64,000 nt of DNA from Eubacteriales bacterium (GTDB lineage: Bacteria; Bacillota; Clostridia; Oscillospirales; CAG-272), in contig JAZNNG010000046.1 of the NCBI GenBank assembly GCA_045580165.1, forward strand, positions 831-64,830, given 5' to 3'. Numbering within the stretch: position 1 is the first letter of the stretch; each line of letters begins with the position of its first letter. The notes below the pieces were generated by a model, which ran no database searches, was not told the DNA's origin, and saw nothing but the letters and a program-made list of their open reading frames with translations. Of the stretch, positions 27,429 through 37,798 are shown one piece after another. The position numbers were made by a program, and so were the translations under genes.

Positions 27429-28853
27429 ATGACAGATTTTTTATTTGACGTGATTGCAACCGAGCTTGAGGATGCAGTCGGAAGAGAAAATTGTTCCACG
27501 AGAACGATCGACAAATTAACACACAGCGTAGACTACTTCTGGCTTTCCAGAATGTGGGCAGACAGAGGCCTCAGAATGCCCGAGGGCGACTTCATCGTTG
27601 CTCCCAAGGATGCAAAAGAGGTATCGGCAGTTCTTAAAATTGCAAACTACTACAAGATCCCCGTAACCACATGGGGTGCCGGTGGCGGTACGCAGGGCGG
27701 CGCTATTCCCGTATGCGGCGGTATCGTTCTCGACACAAAGAGAATGAATAAGATCTACGACGTAAACACACAGGGTATGTACATAGAATGCGGCACGGGC
27801 GCGATCTACAAGCACATCGAGTGGGCGGCAAACGAAAAGGGATACGCAACTATGCACTATCCCTCGTCGCTCACTTGCTCGACAGTAGGCGGCTTCCTCG
27901 CGCACAGAGGTATCGGCGTATCCTCTACCAAGTACGGTAAGATCGACGATATGGTACTTCAGATGGAGGTAGTTCTCCCGAACGGTGATATCATCGAAAC
28001 GTCACCCGCCCCCAAGCACGCGGCAGGACCCGACCTCAACCAGATATTCATCGGCTCCGAGGGCACGCTCGGCGTTATGACGAAGGCTCAGATGAGAATT
28101 TACGAGCAGCCCGAATCGCGTCAGTTCAGAGGCTTCTTGTTCCACAATATGACTGATGCCTTTAACGCGGGACGCGAGCTTCTCCAGAAGTTCAAGCCGT
28201 CCGTAATGCGTCTTTATGACGAGGCTGAAACCGCATCGCTCATCAAGAAGATCGTCGGCGTGGAGAAGAAGGGCGCGTTTATGAATATCGCCATCGAGGG
28301 CGTTAAGGAAATAGCAGACCTCGAAATGAAGATACTTCTCGAAACCTTCGGCAAGTACGGTGCAGAGGATCTCGGCTCCGAATACGGTGAAAAGTGGTGG
28401 AAGGAAAAGATCACGTTCTTCTACCCCGGACATATGATGGATATTCCTCAGTGCTTCGGTACAATGGATACCATCGCTCCTTACGATAAGATCGAAAAGA
28501 TATATTGGGAGATGAAGAAGGCTATCGAAACCAACTTCCCGCAGGCGAAGTTTATCGCTCACTTCTCTCACTGGTATGAGTGGGGTTGTATGATCTACGA
28601 CCGCTTCATCGTTGACGGTGAAAACGTACCTCAGGATCCCCACGAGGCATTCAGACTTCACCAGGCTATCTGGAATTGCGGAGTCAGAACGGCTATCGCC
28701 AACGGCGGCGTTGTCAACGACCACCACGGTGTCGGAATCAAGCTCGGAAGACTTATGAAAGAGCAGTACGGTCCTGCAATGCAGGTATTTGAAGGAATAA
28801 AGAAGCAGCTTGACCCGAACGGAATTATGAACCCGTTCAAGCTCGGCTTATAA
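27429..28853 (+). CDS. FAD-linked oxidase (GlcD/alkyl-DHAP-synthase-like)
   Basis: WGAGGGTQGG, STVGG, GPDL..IFIGSEGTLG, DHHGVG, LDPNGIMNP. Confidence 0.9.
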   Translation: MTDFLFDVIATELEDAVGRENCSTRTIDKLTHSVDYFWLSRMWADRGLRMPEGDFIVAPKDAKEVSAVLKIANYYKIPVTTWGAGGGTQGGAIPVCGGIVLDTKRMNKIYDVNTQGMYIECGTGAIYKHIEWAANEKGYATMHYPSSLTCSTVGGFLAHRGIGVSSTKYGKIDDMVLQMEVVLPNGDIIETSPAPKHAAGPDLNQIFIGSEGTLGVMTKAQMRIYEQPESRQFRGFLFHNMTDAFNAGRELLQKFKPSVMRLYDEAETASLIKKIVGVEKKGAFMNIAIEGVKEIADLEMKILLETFGKYGAEDLGSEYGEKWWKEKITFFYPGHMMDIPQCFGTMDTIAPYDKIEKIYWEMKKAIETNFPQAKFIAHFSHWYEWGCMIYDRFIVDGENVPQDPHEAFRLHQAIWNCGVRTAIANGGVVNDHHGVGIKLGRLMKEQYGPAMQVFEGIKKQLDPNGIMNPFKLGL

Positions 28854-28864
28854 GGAGGGTAATT

Positions 28865-29935
28865 ATGCAGTTTACAGAAAAAGCAAAGGAACATATAAAT
28901 TCGTGCCGTTTTTGCTGGATGTGTCATCATGTGTGTCCTATCGGCAACGCAACGGGACTTGAAAGAAACACCGCAAGAGCAAGAGCTCTCGGACTTTCTC
29001 TCGTTTTGAGAGATTCTATTGAATATTCTGAGGATATCATCGATAACGTATACGAATGCTCGCTTTGCGGCGGATGCATGACGGACTGTGTTACAGGCTG
29101 GGATCCCGTTATGTTTACACGCGAAGCAAGACTCGGCGCGGCTCTTGACGGAAAGATTCCCGAATACATAATGAAGCTTATCACGAATCTTCAGGAAACG
29201 GGCAACATCAAGGGAGTAAAGTCTGAAAACACGATTCCCGAATTTCCGAAGACAGACGTTTTGTTCTTCACAGGCGAAAACGTGAGGGCAAACGGATGCG
29301 CGAAGGCTGCTGCTGACGTTCTCAAGGCAGCGGGCGTTGACTTCACCATCCTGAAGGACGAGCCGAACAGCGGTTATACTCTCGACTTTATGATCGGTGC
29401 CGCTGCCGAAACAAAGACCCTTATGGAAGAATGTGCAAAGACTCTTAACGAATACAAGACGGTTGTATGTTATGACCCCGCAGACGCTAAGGTTATGAAG
29501 CGCGAATACAAGGAGTGGGGAATAGACGTTAAGGCTGAGGTGTTCACATACACAGAATTCGTTGCAAAGCTTATTCGTGACGGCAAGCTTGCTCTCAAAA
29601 AGAGTGACGCAGTATTCACTCCTCAGGATTCGCCCCTTCTTGCGCGTGACCTTGAGGAAACAGAGCCGATTCGAGAGATCCTTTCGGCTTGCGGAGAGGT
29701 ACGCGAAATGCTTCTCAATCGTCAGTACACGATGCTTGCAGGACATTACGTAATGAATGAATATATGCCCGAGGTAATGCGTAAGGTTGCCGAAAACAGA
29801 TGGTTCAACGCAAAGAACGCCGATGCGGAGATCCTTGTTGTAGCAAGCCCCGCTGAATACGAAGCGCTTCTTGCAACAAAGTCCGAGGGCATTGAGCTTA
29901 TGAAGCTTGAGGAGGCAGTTCTTAAATGCTTGTAA
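28865..29935 (+). CDS. Fe-S protein (GlcF/GlpC-like) with degenerate CCG domains
   Basis: CRFCWMCHHVCP and CSLCGGCMTDC ferredoxin motifs. Confidence 0.85.
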   Translation: MQFTEKAKEHINSCRFCWMCHHVCPIGNATGLERNTARARALGLSLVLRDSIEYSEDIIDNVYECSLCGGCMTDCVTGWDPVMFTREARLGAALDGKIPEYIMKLITNLQETGNIKGVKSENTIPEFPKTDVLFFTGENVRANGCAKAAADVLKAAGVDFTILKDEPNSGYTLDFMIGAAAETKTLMEECAKTLNEYKTVVCYDPADAKVMKREYKEWGIDVKAEVFTYTEFVAKLIRDGKLALKKSDAVFTPQDSPLLARDLEETEPIREILSACGEVREMLLNRQYTMLAGHYVMNEYMPEVMRKVAENRWFNAKNADAEILVVASPAEYEALLATKSEGIELMKLEEAVLKCL

Positions 29936-30765
29936 ATCTTGGATACGCTTTGGATTTAGCCGAAAAGGGTAGCTTTGCTATCCCTGCATTTAACGTATAC
30001 AATATGGAAAGTGTAATGGGAGTAATTAAGGCGGCGGAAGAAACGAAAGCCCCGATAATTATGCAGATCTATCCCAGACTTATGAAGGAAGAAACGGGAT
30101 ATTATCTTTCTCCGGTGGTTCTGGCGGCGGCGCAAAAAGCCACTGTGCCGGTGTGCTTCCACCTTGACCACGGACCAAGTGAGCTTGAAACCACACGTTC
30201 TATCCGTTATGGAGCAACGGGTATTATGCTTGACGGCTCGACACTTCCTTTTGAAGAAAATATAGAGCTCACAAAAAGAGTCGTTGAAACCTGCTCGTAT
30301 CTTGATGTTCAGGTGGAAGGCGAGCTTGGACATATCGGAACCACTGCGGACGACGGTATGGATGAATTCACCCGTCCCGAGGACGCAAAGAGATTTGTCG
30401 AGGAAACGGGTGTTTCCTGCCTCGCGGTTGCGGTAGGTACGGCGCACGGCAAGTACAAGAAGCCGCCGAAGCTTGATATTGAAAGGATCAAGGCTATCAG
30501 AGAGGCGACGAACAATACGGCTCTTGTGCTTCACGGAGGAAGCGGAGTTCCCGATGAGGAGATCAAAAAGGCGGTAGCGGCGGGAGTACGCAAAATGAAT
30601 TTTGCGACCGACATCTGCTATGCCTTCCTTGACACTTGTCTTGAAGAGCTGCAAAAGCCCGACAGATCTGTTGCTATTGACAATTTTATGAAAAAGCCCA
30701 TTGAAGCTGTTAAGGAGTTTTGCGTAACAAGAATCAGGCTCGTCGGTGCAGACGGAAAGGCGTAA
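29926..30765 (+). CDS. class II ketose-bisphosphate aldolase (IolJ/GatY-like)
   Basis: PAFNV, HLDHG, VEGELG, GTAHG, LVLHGGSG. Confidence 0.92.
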   Translation: MLVNLGYALDLAEKGSFAIPAFNVYNMESVMGVIKAAEETKAPIIMQIYPRLMKEETGYYLSPVVLAAAQKATVPVCFHLDHGPSELETTRSIRYGATGIMLDGSTLPFEENIELTKRVVETCSYLDVQVEGELGHIGTTADDGMDEFTRPEDAKRFVEETGVSCLAVAVGTAHGKYKKPPKLDIERIKAIREATNNTALVLHGGSGVPDEEIKKAVAAGVRKMNFATDICYAFLDTCLEELQKPDRSVAIDNFMKKPIEAVKEFCVTRIRLVGADGKA

Positions 30766-30768
30766 GCT

Positions 30769-31680
30769 ATGGCAAAGATAGTAGGAATCGGTGCAAACGT
30801 ATTTGACACTCTCTACAACATACCTACATATCCGACGGAAGATACAAAAATGAGGGCAACTGCCTGCAAAACTGCAGGCGGCGGTCCTGTTGCAACAGGT
30901 CTGGTTGCGGCGAGTAAGCTGGGAGAGGACACTGCCTTTATCGGTGTTTTATCCGATGATAACGCCGGAAAATTCCTTAAAGAGGATTTTAAAAGGTACG
31001 GTGTTGATACCGATCTCATAGAAGTCAAATCGGGTTTTAGCTCGTTTACCTCGGTACTGTGGTTATGTGCAGACACCAAGACAAGAACCTGTGTGTTTGA
31101 CAAAGGAGATCTTCCTCCGCTTGTGTTAAACGATGCACAAAAGAAAGCCATTATAGATGCCGATATCCTTATGGTCGACGGAAACGATCTTGATGCAGCT
31201 GTTGAGGGTGCAAAAATTGCAAGAGAAAACGGCACAAAGGTGCTTTATGACTGCGGCGGACTTTACGAGGGAGTAGAGCGCCTTCTTGCTCTTACGGATA
31301 TTATGATTCCGTCCGAGGAGTTTTCTATCGGTCACACAGGTGCAAAAACCGCCAAGGAAGCGGCAAAAAAGCTTTTTGAACTGTACTCACCCGAGGTAGT
31401 GGTGGTTACACAGGGCAAAAACGGCGGACTTCTCTTTGACGGGAAGGAAATAACCCGTTATCCCATATATCCCGCAGAGGTGGTTGACTCCAACGGCTCG
31501 GGCGACGTGTTCCACGGAGCCTTTGCGGCAGGTGTTATAAAAGGATATGAATACCTCACCTGCTGTCATTTTTCGAGTGCCGTATCGGCGATCAAGTGTA
31601 TGGGTATAGGCTCAAGAGAAAGCGTACCTGATTTTGAAACAGTTAAAAAATACTTAAAGGAGAACGGATATGAACTTTAA
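30769..31680 (+). CDS. PfkB family carbohydrate kinase
   Basis: GGGPVAT, DSNGSGDVFHGAF. Confidence 0.92.
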   Translation: MAKIVGIGANVFDTLYNIPTYPTEDTKMRATACKTAGGGPVATGLVAASKLGEDTAFIGVLSDDNAGKFLKEDFKRYGVDTDLIEVKSGFSSFTSVLWLCADTKTRTCVFDKGDLPPLVLNDAQKKAIIDADILMVDGNDLDAAVEGAKIARENGTKVLYDCGGLYEGVERLLALTDIMIPSEEFSIGHTGAKTAKEAAKKLFELYSPEVVVVTQGKNGGLLFDGKEITRYPIYPAEVVDSNGSGDVFHGAFAAGVIKGYEYLTCCHFSSAVSAIKCMGIGSRESVPDFETVKKYLKENGYEL

Positions 31681-32464
31681 GAAATCATACAAAAGCGCAA
31701 ACGGTTACACACCGATTTGCAAAATAGGCGAATGTTCGTTAAAGAAGCTCGAGTTTGGCATAATCGAGCTTACCGCAGGACAGAGCTTGCCTTTTTATAC
31801 GGAGGATAAGGAAACTGCGTTTATTATGCTCGAGGGTCACTGCAACGTAAAGGTGAATGACGAGGTCTTTGAAAACGTAGGAAACAGAAAAACCGTTTTT
31901 GATAACCGAAAGGCAGAAAGCTTTTATATGCCGCGCGAGCAGGAGCTCGTTATCGAAGCGATCGACAATATTAAAATAGCGGTATGCGCGACACCTGTAG
32001 AAGAGAAAACAGAGCCCCAGGTGCTCCGCGAGGATCACGTTGTTTTAAAGCTTCTCGGCGAACAGCCCTTCCAGCGTGAGACCAGCTTCATCGTTGACGG
32101 AAATTCCAATGCAAAGGTACTCACAATAGGCGAGGCATACTGCACCGAGGGTAACTGGGCAGGCTTCCCGCCGCACAAGCACGACGTAAACAATATGCCC
32201 GAAGAATGTATAGCGGAGGAGATCTATTACTTTCTGTTTGACCCAAAGCAGGGCTTTGCCGTTCAGTGCCTTTACACCTCCGACGGCGAAATCGACGAGG
32301 CTTACAGAGTCAAGAACGACGAGCTTGTGGAATTCCCTTACGGTTACCATACCACCGTATCAACTCCGGGATACAAGACCTACTTCCTTTGGCTTATGGC
32401 AGGGGATTATCAGGGCTTTAACAGAAGCTCCGACCCCGAGCATAAATGGATAGAAAACAGATAA
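31670..32464 (+). CDS. iolB: 5-deoxy-glucuronate isomerase (IolB family)
   Basis: GNWAGFPPHKHD, EEIYYF, GYH, YFLWLMAG. Confidence 0.88.
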   Translation: MNFKKSYKSANGYTPICKIGECSLKKLEFGIIELTAGQSLPFYTEDKETAFIMLEGHCNVKVNDEVFENVGNRKTVFDNRKAESFYMPREQELVIEAIDNIKIAVCATPVEEKTEPQVLREDHVVLKLLGEQPFQRETSFIVDGNSNAKVLTIGEAYCTEGNWAGFPPHKHDVNNMPEECIAEEIYYFLFDPKQGFAVQCLYTSDGEIDEAYRVKNDELVEFPYGYHTTVSTPGYKTYFLWLMAGDYQGFNRSSDPEHKWIENR

Positions 32465-32540
32465 ATAAAGATTTATAGAGATATGTTAGACGGCATATCT
32501 CTATAATGCTATAATAAGCAGTTGCAAAAAGGCGGACAAA

Positions 32541-32742
32541 ATGTTAGAATATTTAAAGAAACTCAATCCCGATATTGATTTTTACGATGTAAATGATGAA
32601 AAATTTGCATCCTTTGGCAGAATTGTAAGAAATTTGGATGCTATGGATAATTTATCACGTAGACAATACCGAGTTTATAAACAGGGGCGTAGTTGCGGGA
32701 ATTACGGGTACTAATTACAAAATCAGATATAAGGAGAAATAA
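32541..32742 (+). pseudogene. internally deleted DUF4867-like gene
   Basis: N-terminus MLEYLKKLNPDIDFYDVNDEKFASFGRIV joined out of frame at ~32644 to C-terminus WIIYHVDN..RGVVAGITGTNYKIRY. Confidence 0.65.
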
Positions 32743-32744
32743 AA

Positions 32745-34220
32745 ATGAAATACCTTTTGGGTATAGATTTCGGCGGCGGCGCGTCAAAGGCAACGCTCCT
32801 CTGTGAAAACGGAGAGATATCTGCAACGGCAACAGCCGAATACCCCACCGACTATCCAAAGCCGGGATATGCCGAGCAGGACCCTGCGCACTGGGTAGAT
32901 GCGACCTGCAAAAATATTGTGGGTGTGCTCGAAAAAAGCGGTATTTCACCGCGTGATATTGCGGCAGTTTCCTTTGACGCCGCAACACATACGGCAGTAA
33001 TAACGGACGATGATTTCAACGTGATCCGTCCGGCGATCTACTGGACTGATACCCGAAGCACGGAGGAGGTAAAGCTCCTCAGAGAAAATTACGGGGAAAT
33101 AATCGAGAAGCAGGTGCTTCACAAGGCGGATACCATATGGTCGCTTCCCGAGCTTCTGTGGATAAAAAACAATGAGCCGCAGAACTGGGCAAAAGTTCGT
33201 AAAATTATGTTTGCAAAGGACTTTGTAAGACATTTCTTTACGGGCGACTACGTGACCGATTTTATCGAAGCCGAGGGCAGTATGATGTTCGATGTCAACA
33301 CTATGAAGTGGAGCCCCGAGCTTTGCAAGATACTTGACATCGACACGAAAATGCTCCCGAAAATAGTGAAGCCCACCGACATCGTCGGTAATATCGGAAA
33401 GAAAGCGGCAGAGGTTACGGGTCTTTGCGAGGGCACGCCCGTGCTTTGCGGAACTACCGACACCGTAATGGAGGTTTTCGCGTCGGGCGCGGTCAGAAAG
33501 GGACAAATGACCTTAAAGCTTGCAACCGCGGGCAGGATATGCGTGGTTACCGATAAGCCGTATCCCGATATTAACCTGATAAACTATTCTCATATTGTTG
33601 ATAATATGTTCTACCCCGGAACTGCGACAAAGTCCTGCGCCGCCTCATACAGATGGTTTAGAGATAACTTCGGCGGTGATTACAGAGAGCTTGATGAAAT
33701 GGCTGAAAAGATCGCGATAGGCTCGGACGGACTTGTTTTCCATCCCTACCTTAACGGCGAGCTGACTCCGTACGCAAACCCCAATCTTTGTGCGGATTTC
33801 GTCGGTGTAAGAGCATCGCACACCAAGGCGCACTTTACAAGAGCTGTCCTTGAAGGCGTTGCAATGAGTATGCTCGACTGCAAGATGGCGCTTGAAGGCT
33901 TTGATATTGAGCACGGCGACAGCGCGGCCATCATCGGCGGCGGAGGAAAGAGCCCTCTGTGGCGTCAGATGATTTCCGACGCGCTCGGAATAAAGCTTGT
34001 TGAGATGAAATATGCGGATTCCTCGTTCGGAAGCGCAATGCTTGCGGGAATTGCCGTGGGTATTTTTGAAAGCCCAGAACAAGCCGTGGAAAAATGTAAT
34101 GAGGTCGTTTCGATAACCCTCCCGAATTCCGAAAATACGCCGAAATATATGGAGCTTTTCAAAAGATACAAGGCTATAGGAAAGGCGCTTGAGCCGATAT
34201 ATAACGGTGAATATCTATGA
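32745..34220 (+). CDS. FGGY family carbohydrate kinase (xylulokinase-like)
   Basis: LGIDFG, EQDP, WTDTRS, PYLNGE, RAVLEG, GGGGKSPLWRQ. Confidence 0.92.
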   Translation: MKYLLGIDFGGGASKATLLCENGEISATATAEYPTDYPKPGYAEQDPAHWVDATCKNIVGVLEKSGISPRDIAAVSFDAATHTAVITDDDFNVIRPAIYWTDTRSTEEVKLLRENYGEIIEKQVLHKADTIWSLPELLWIKNNEPQNWAKVRKIMFAKDFVRHFFTGDYVTDFIEAEGSMMFDVNTMKWSPELCKILDIDTKMLPKIVKPTDIVGNIGKKAAEVTGLCEGTPVLCGTTDTVMEVFASGAVRKGQMTLKLATAGRICVVTDKPYPDINLINYSHIVDNMFYPGTATKSCAASYRWFRDNFGGDYRELDEMAEKIAIGSDGLVFHPYLNGELTPYANPNLCADFVGVRASHTKAHFTRAVLEGVAMSMLDCKMALEGFDIEHGDSAAIIGGGGKSPLWRQMISDALGIKLVEMKYADSSFGSAMLAGIAVGIFESPEQAVEKCNEVVSITLPNSENTPKYMELFKRYKAIGKALEPIYNGEYL

Positions 34221-35569
34221 AGATCTTAGTATGCGTTAAGGTCGTAAAGGGAGAGCTTAACCCCTTTGACGAATCGGCGCTTGAATGTGCGCTCAGACTC
34301 TCAAATGACGTTACGGTAATGTCAATGGGCCCGAAAAGCAGCGAGAATGCTCTTTTGCCTCTGACAAGACTCGGCGCGAGGGTGACCTTGATAAGTGACG
34401 TCGCCTTTGCGGGCTCTGACACCCTCGCTACATCGTATATTTTGTCAACCGCAATAAGATCGGAGGGCTTCGACCTCGTTTTGTGCGGACGACAAAGCAT
34501 TGACGGTGATACCGCGCAGGTAGGTCCAATGCTTTCACAGATGCTCGCTGTTCCGCTTATAACCAACGCGCTTGCTCTGCAGCTCGTCGGAAACGGTGTT
34601 GTTGCAGATACGCGTGCAGGGAAGGAAAGCGCTGAGCTGCCCGCACTCGTTACACTTGAGAGGGGCTACGTTCTCAGATTCCCGAGCATTTTTTCAAAGC
34701 TTGGCGAGATTCGCTTGCTCGACAATGGGGCGCTTGGCTGCGACGTACGGAAATGCGGACTGTCGGGCTCGCCGACAAAGGTTATGGAAGCCTTTGAAAA
34801 CGAAAGAGGAAAGAGAAAATGCAAATTCATTTCAATGAATGAGCTGATGCCCTTGGTCGACAAGCTGATGAAGCAAAACGCGGTAGAAGCGTCACACGAA
34901 TACACGGGTAAAAAGCTTAAGTCCGTGTGGGCGGTAGGTACTGAGGTGCTTGATAAGGCAAGGGATATCTCAGACGAGGTAATTCTGATTGAAAAAGCAG
35001 AGCCTCAGGTGATTTATAAAAGAGCAGTAAGCGATAAGCCCGACGTCATTTTGTGGAACGCAGACCTTTGGGGAAGAAAAAACGCTCCCGTGGTTGCCGC
35101 AATGTTAAATACAGGACTTTGCGCTGACTGTACCATGCTTGAGTCAGACGGCGAAAACCTTATAATGTACCGTCCTGCACAGGGCGGAAACATAACCGCT
35201 AAAATAAGGTGCGTCACAAAGCCTCAGATGGCGACCGTGAGAACTAAAACGGCAAGCTCCGATATAATAGTTTCGGGCGGCAGAGGAGTCGCGGAATCGA
35301 TGGAAAAGCTTTACGCATTGTCCGAAAGACTCGGTGCCGAGCTCGGAGCATCAAGAGGCCTTGTCGATATGAATAAGATGCCGTATGACAAGCAAATAGG
35401 ACTTACGGGCAAGACCGTCAGCCCTAAGATATATATTGCGGTGGGTATCTCGGGCGCAATACACCACACCACTGCAATAGAGGGAAGTACAACCGTTATC
35501 GCAATAAATCCCGACAAAAACGCAAGGATCTTCGAGTACGCCGATTACGGAATCCTCGAAAAGCTTTAA
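34217..35569 (+). CDS. fused electron transfer flavoprotein beta/alpha
   Basis: N-terminal EtfB (NPFD, GSDTLAT, GRQSIDGDTAQVG) and C-terminal EtfA (GLCADCT, SGGRG, QIGLTG, GISGAIHH, INPD). Confidence 0.9.
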   Translation: MKILVCVKVVKGELNPFDESALECALRLSNDVTVMSMGPKSSENALLPLTRLGARVTLISDVAFAGSDTLATSYILSTAIRSEGFDLVLCGRQSIDGDTAQVGPMLSQMLAVPLITNALALQLVGNGVVADTRAGKESAELPALVTLERGYVLRFPSIFSKLGEIRLLDNGALGCDVRKCGLSGSPTKVMEAFENERGKRKCKFISMNELMPLVDKLMKQNAVEASHEYTGKKLKSVWAVGTEVLDKARDISDEVILIEKAEPQVIYKRAVSDKPDVILWNADLWGRKNAPVVAAMLNTGLCADCTMLESDGENLIMYRPAQGGNITAKIRCVTKPQMATVRTKTASSDIIVSGGRGVAESMEKLYALSERLGAELGASRGLVDMNKMPYDKQIGLTGKTVSPKIYIAVGISGAIHHTTAIEGSTTVIAINPDKNARIFEYADYGILEKL

Positions 35570-35761
35570 ATACGGAAAATTTAATCAATGCAAAAGCAGA
35601 GCGTATTGCCGTTTGGTAAAATGCTCTGCTTTTTGATTTAATAAAACAGTTGCGTTAACGGCGCGGTAGTGGTATAATATATACTGTATAGGCTTGACCG
35701 TTCAGATACCCGACAAATAAGAGCTTGCAGATACGGTAAAAAAGTTGAAAGAAGATATAAA

Positions 35762-36163
35762 ATGGAAAACGAAAAAACGTTAGAAGAAATAAGAAAAATG
35801 TTTGAAGGCGACCGTTTCGCGTGCGAAAACGGAGCCGTAATTGAAGAGGTAGGCGACCATAGCGCTATATGTAGCCTTGTTGTTACGGATTCGCACCGTA
35901 ATGCTATGGGCGCGGTAATGGGAGGCGTGTACTTTACGCTTGCCGATTTTGCCTTTGCGGTTGCGGCAAACCATAAAAAGATGGGGTGCGTATCGTTGCA
36001 CTCGGACATTTCATTCCTCGGCACCGCAAAGGGAAATAAGCTTACCGCAAAGGCGATTTGTATAAAGAACGGAAAAAACACGGCGAGTTATCGCGTGGAC
36101 GTAAGCGATGAGCTTGGAAATCTTTGTGCAACGGTTACGGCAACGGGATACCATATCGGGTGA
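35762..36163 (+). CDS. PaaI family thioesterase
   Basis: HRNAMGAVMGGVYFTLAD hotdog motif. Confidence 0.9.
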   Translation: MENEKTLEEIRKMFEGDRFACENGAVIEEVGDHSAICSLVVTDSHRNAMGAVMGGVYFTLADFAFAVAANHKKMGCVSLHSDISFLGTAKGNKLTAKAICIKNGKNTASYRVDVSDELGNLCATVTATGYHIG

Positions 36164-36236
36164 CGACACTACCTTTGACTTAGGATACTTCCGTGCTTCG
36201 GTAACACCCCTATGACGTTTGAAAAGAGAAGGACAA

Positions 36237-37607
36237 ATGGATAAGACGAGAGAAATAGACCAATTTGAAAAAATGACTACGTGGCCGATACCCAAGCTTG
36301 TTATCACGCTCGGCATTCCCACGACCATCAGTATGCTGGTGACCAACGTTTACAATATGGCGGACACCTATTTTGTAAGTGAGCTCGGCAACAGCGCCAG
36401 CGGCGCGGTCGGCGTAGTGTTTGGTCTTATGGCTATCATTCAGGCGTTCGGCTTTATGTTTGGGCACGGAGCAGGAAGCATTATCGCGCGCAAACTCGGT
36501 CAGAAGGATTCTCACAGCGCAAGTGTTTTTGCATCGCTGAGCATTATGGCGTGTCTTATCGTAGGAACTCTTATCGGTATTTTAGGACTCATATTTTTGG
36601 ATCCGCTTATGTGGCTGCTCGGCAGTACGGACACCATTCTTCCTTATGCAAAGGACTATGGAAGGTATATTCTTATTGCCGCGCCGCTTACAATGACGAG
36701 CTTTGCGCTAAATAACATATTAAGGTATGAGGGCAAGGCGTTTTTCGCCATGATAGGACTTACCATCGGCGGTGTAATCAACATAATTGTTGACCCGATA
36801 CTGATATTCGGTCTTGATATGGGAATAGCAGGCGCGGGACTGTCTACCGCGATTTCGCAGGTAGTCAGCTTCTTCATTTTGATCTCAATGTTCTGGAGGG
36901 GCAAAACCCTCAGCCGACTCAGCGTGAAATTTGCAAAAGAGAATCCTCGGGGAATATTTGATATAATGGCAACGGGCTTCCCGAGCTTCTGCCGTCAGGG
37001 ACTTTCCAGTATTGCCACGATGACTCTCAACAACCTCGCAGGCGAGGTCGGCGGTGACGCTGCCGTTGCAGCGATGTCGGTTGCTAACAAGATTACCTTC
37101 TTTATCTTTGCCGTGGGACTCGGTATCGGTCAGGGCTTTCAGCCCGTCGCGTCCTTCAACTACGGTGCAAAAATATATTCAAGAGTGAAAAAGGCGTTTT
37201 TCTTCACGTTCGGCGTGGGAGAATTGTTGCTTGGCGTGTTCGTAGCGGTGGGACTTATATTTTCCAACAACCTGATAGGACTGTTCCGCGATGACCCGAC
37301 GGTTATCGAGATAGGAACACTGAGTCTGAAGCTGCAGCTTCTGGCACTGTTCTTCCATCCGATGACGATTTGTGCCAATATGCTTTTCCAAAGTATAGGA
37401 GAAAATAAAAAAGCGACGTTTTTGTCGCTGCTCAGAAGCGGTATACTGTTTATACCGATTTTGTGGATACTTACAAAGGCGTTTGGACTTTTCGGCGTAC
37501 AGTCGTCGCAGGCGATAGCGGACGTTCTTGCGTTCTTTATATCCGCGCCGCTTGTACTGTATTTTCTCAAAAATCTGCCCGAGGATCAGCTTGAAGCAAG
37601 AAAATAG
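36237..37607 (+). CDS. MATE family efflux transporter
   Basis: 12 TM pattern, YNMADTYFV, NIIVDPILI, GFQP..SFNYGA. Confidence 0.92.
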   Translation: MDKTREIDQFEKMTTWPIPKLVITLGIPTTISMLVTNVYNMADTYFVSELGNSASGAVGVVFGLMAIIQAFGFMFGHGAGSIIARKLGQKDSHSASVFASLSIMACLIVGTLIGILGLIFLDPLMWLLGSTDTILPYAKDYGRYILIAAPLTMTSFALNNILRYEGKAFFAMIGLTIGGVINIIVDPILIFGLDMGIAGAGLSTAISQVVSFFILISMFWRGKTLSRLSVKFAKENPRGIFDIMATGFPSFCRQGLSSIATMTLNNLAGEVGGDAAVAAMSVANKITFFIFAVGLGIGQGFQPVASFNYGAKIYSRVKKAFFFTFGVGELLLGVFVAVGLIFSNNLIGLFRDDPTVIEIGTLSLKLQLLALFFHPMTICANMLFQSIGENKKATFLSLLRSGILFIPILWILTKAFGLFGVQSSQAIADVLAFFISAPLVLYFLKNLPEDQLEARK

Positions 37608-37798
37608 CGGGCTAAGGTTTTCTTTGGTCTTATAACGCTAAGAAACGGTGCGTCGGATTTTACGATGCGCTGTTTATTGACAATTCTTGTGTTAATTGAT
37701 TTTAGACGTTGTTGAGCACCAATCTATTTACTCTTTAAGAAAAATAGTGTAATATATAATTATACTCTTGCTTTTATGAAGCCCTGAAGGAGAATACA

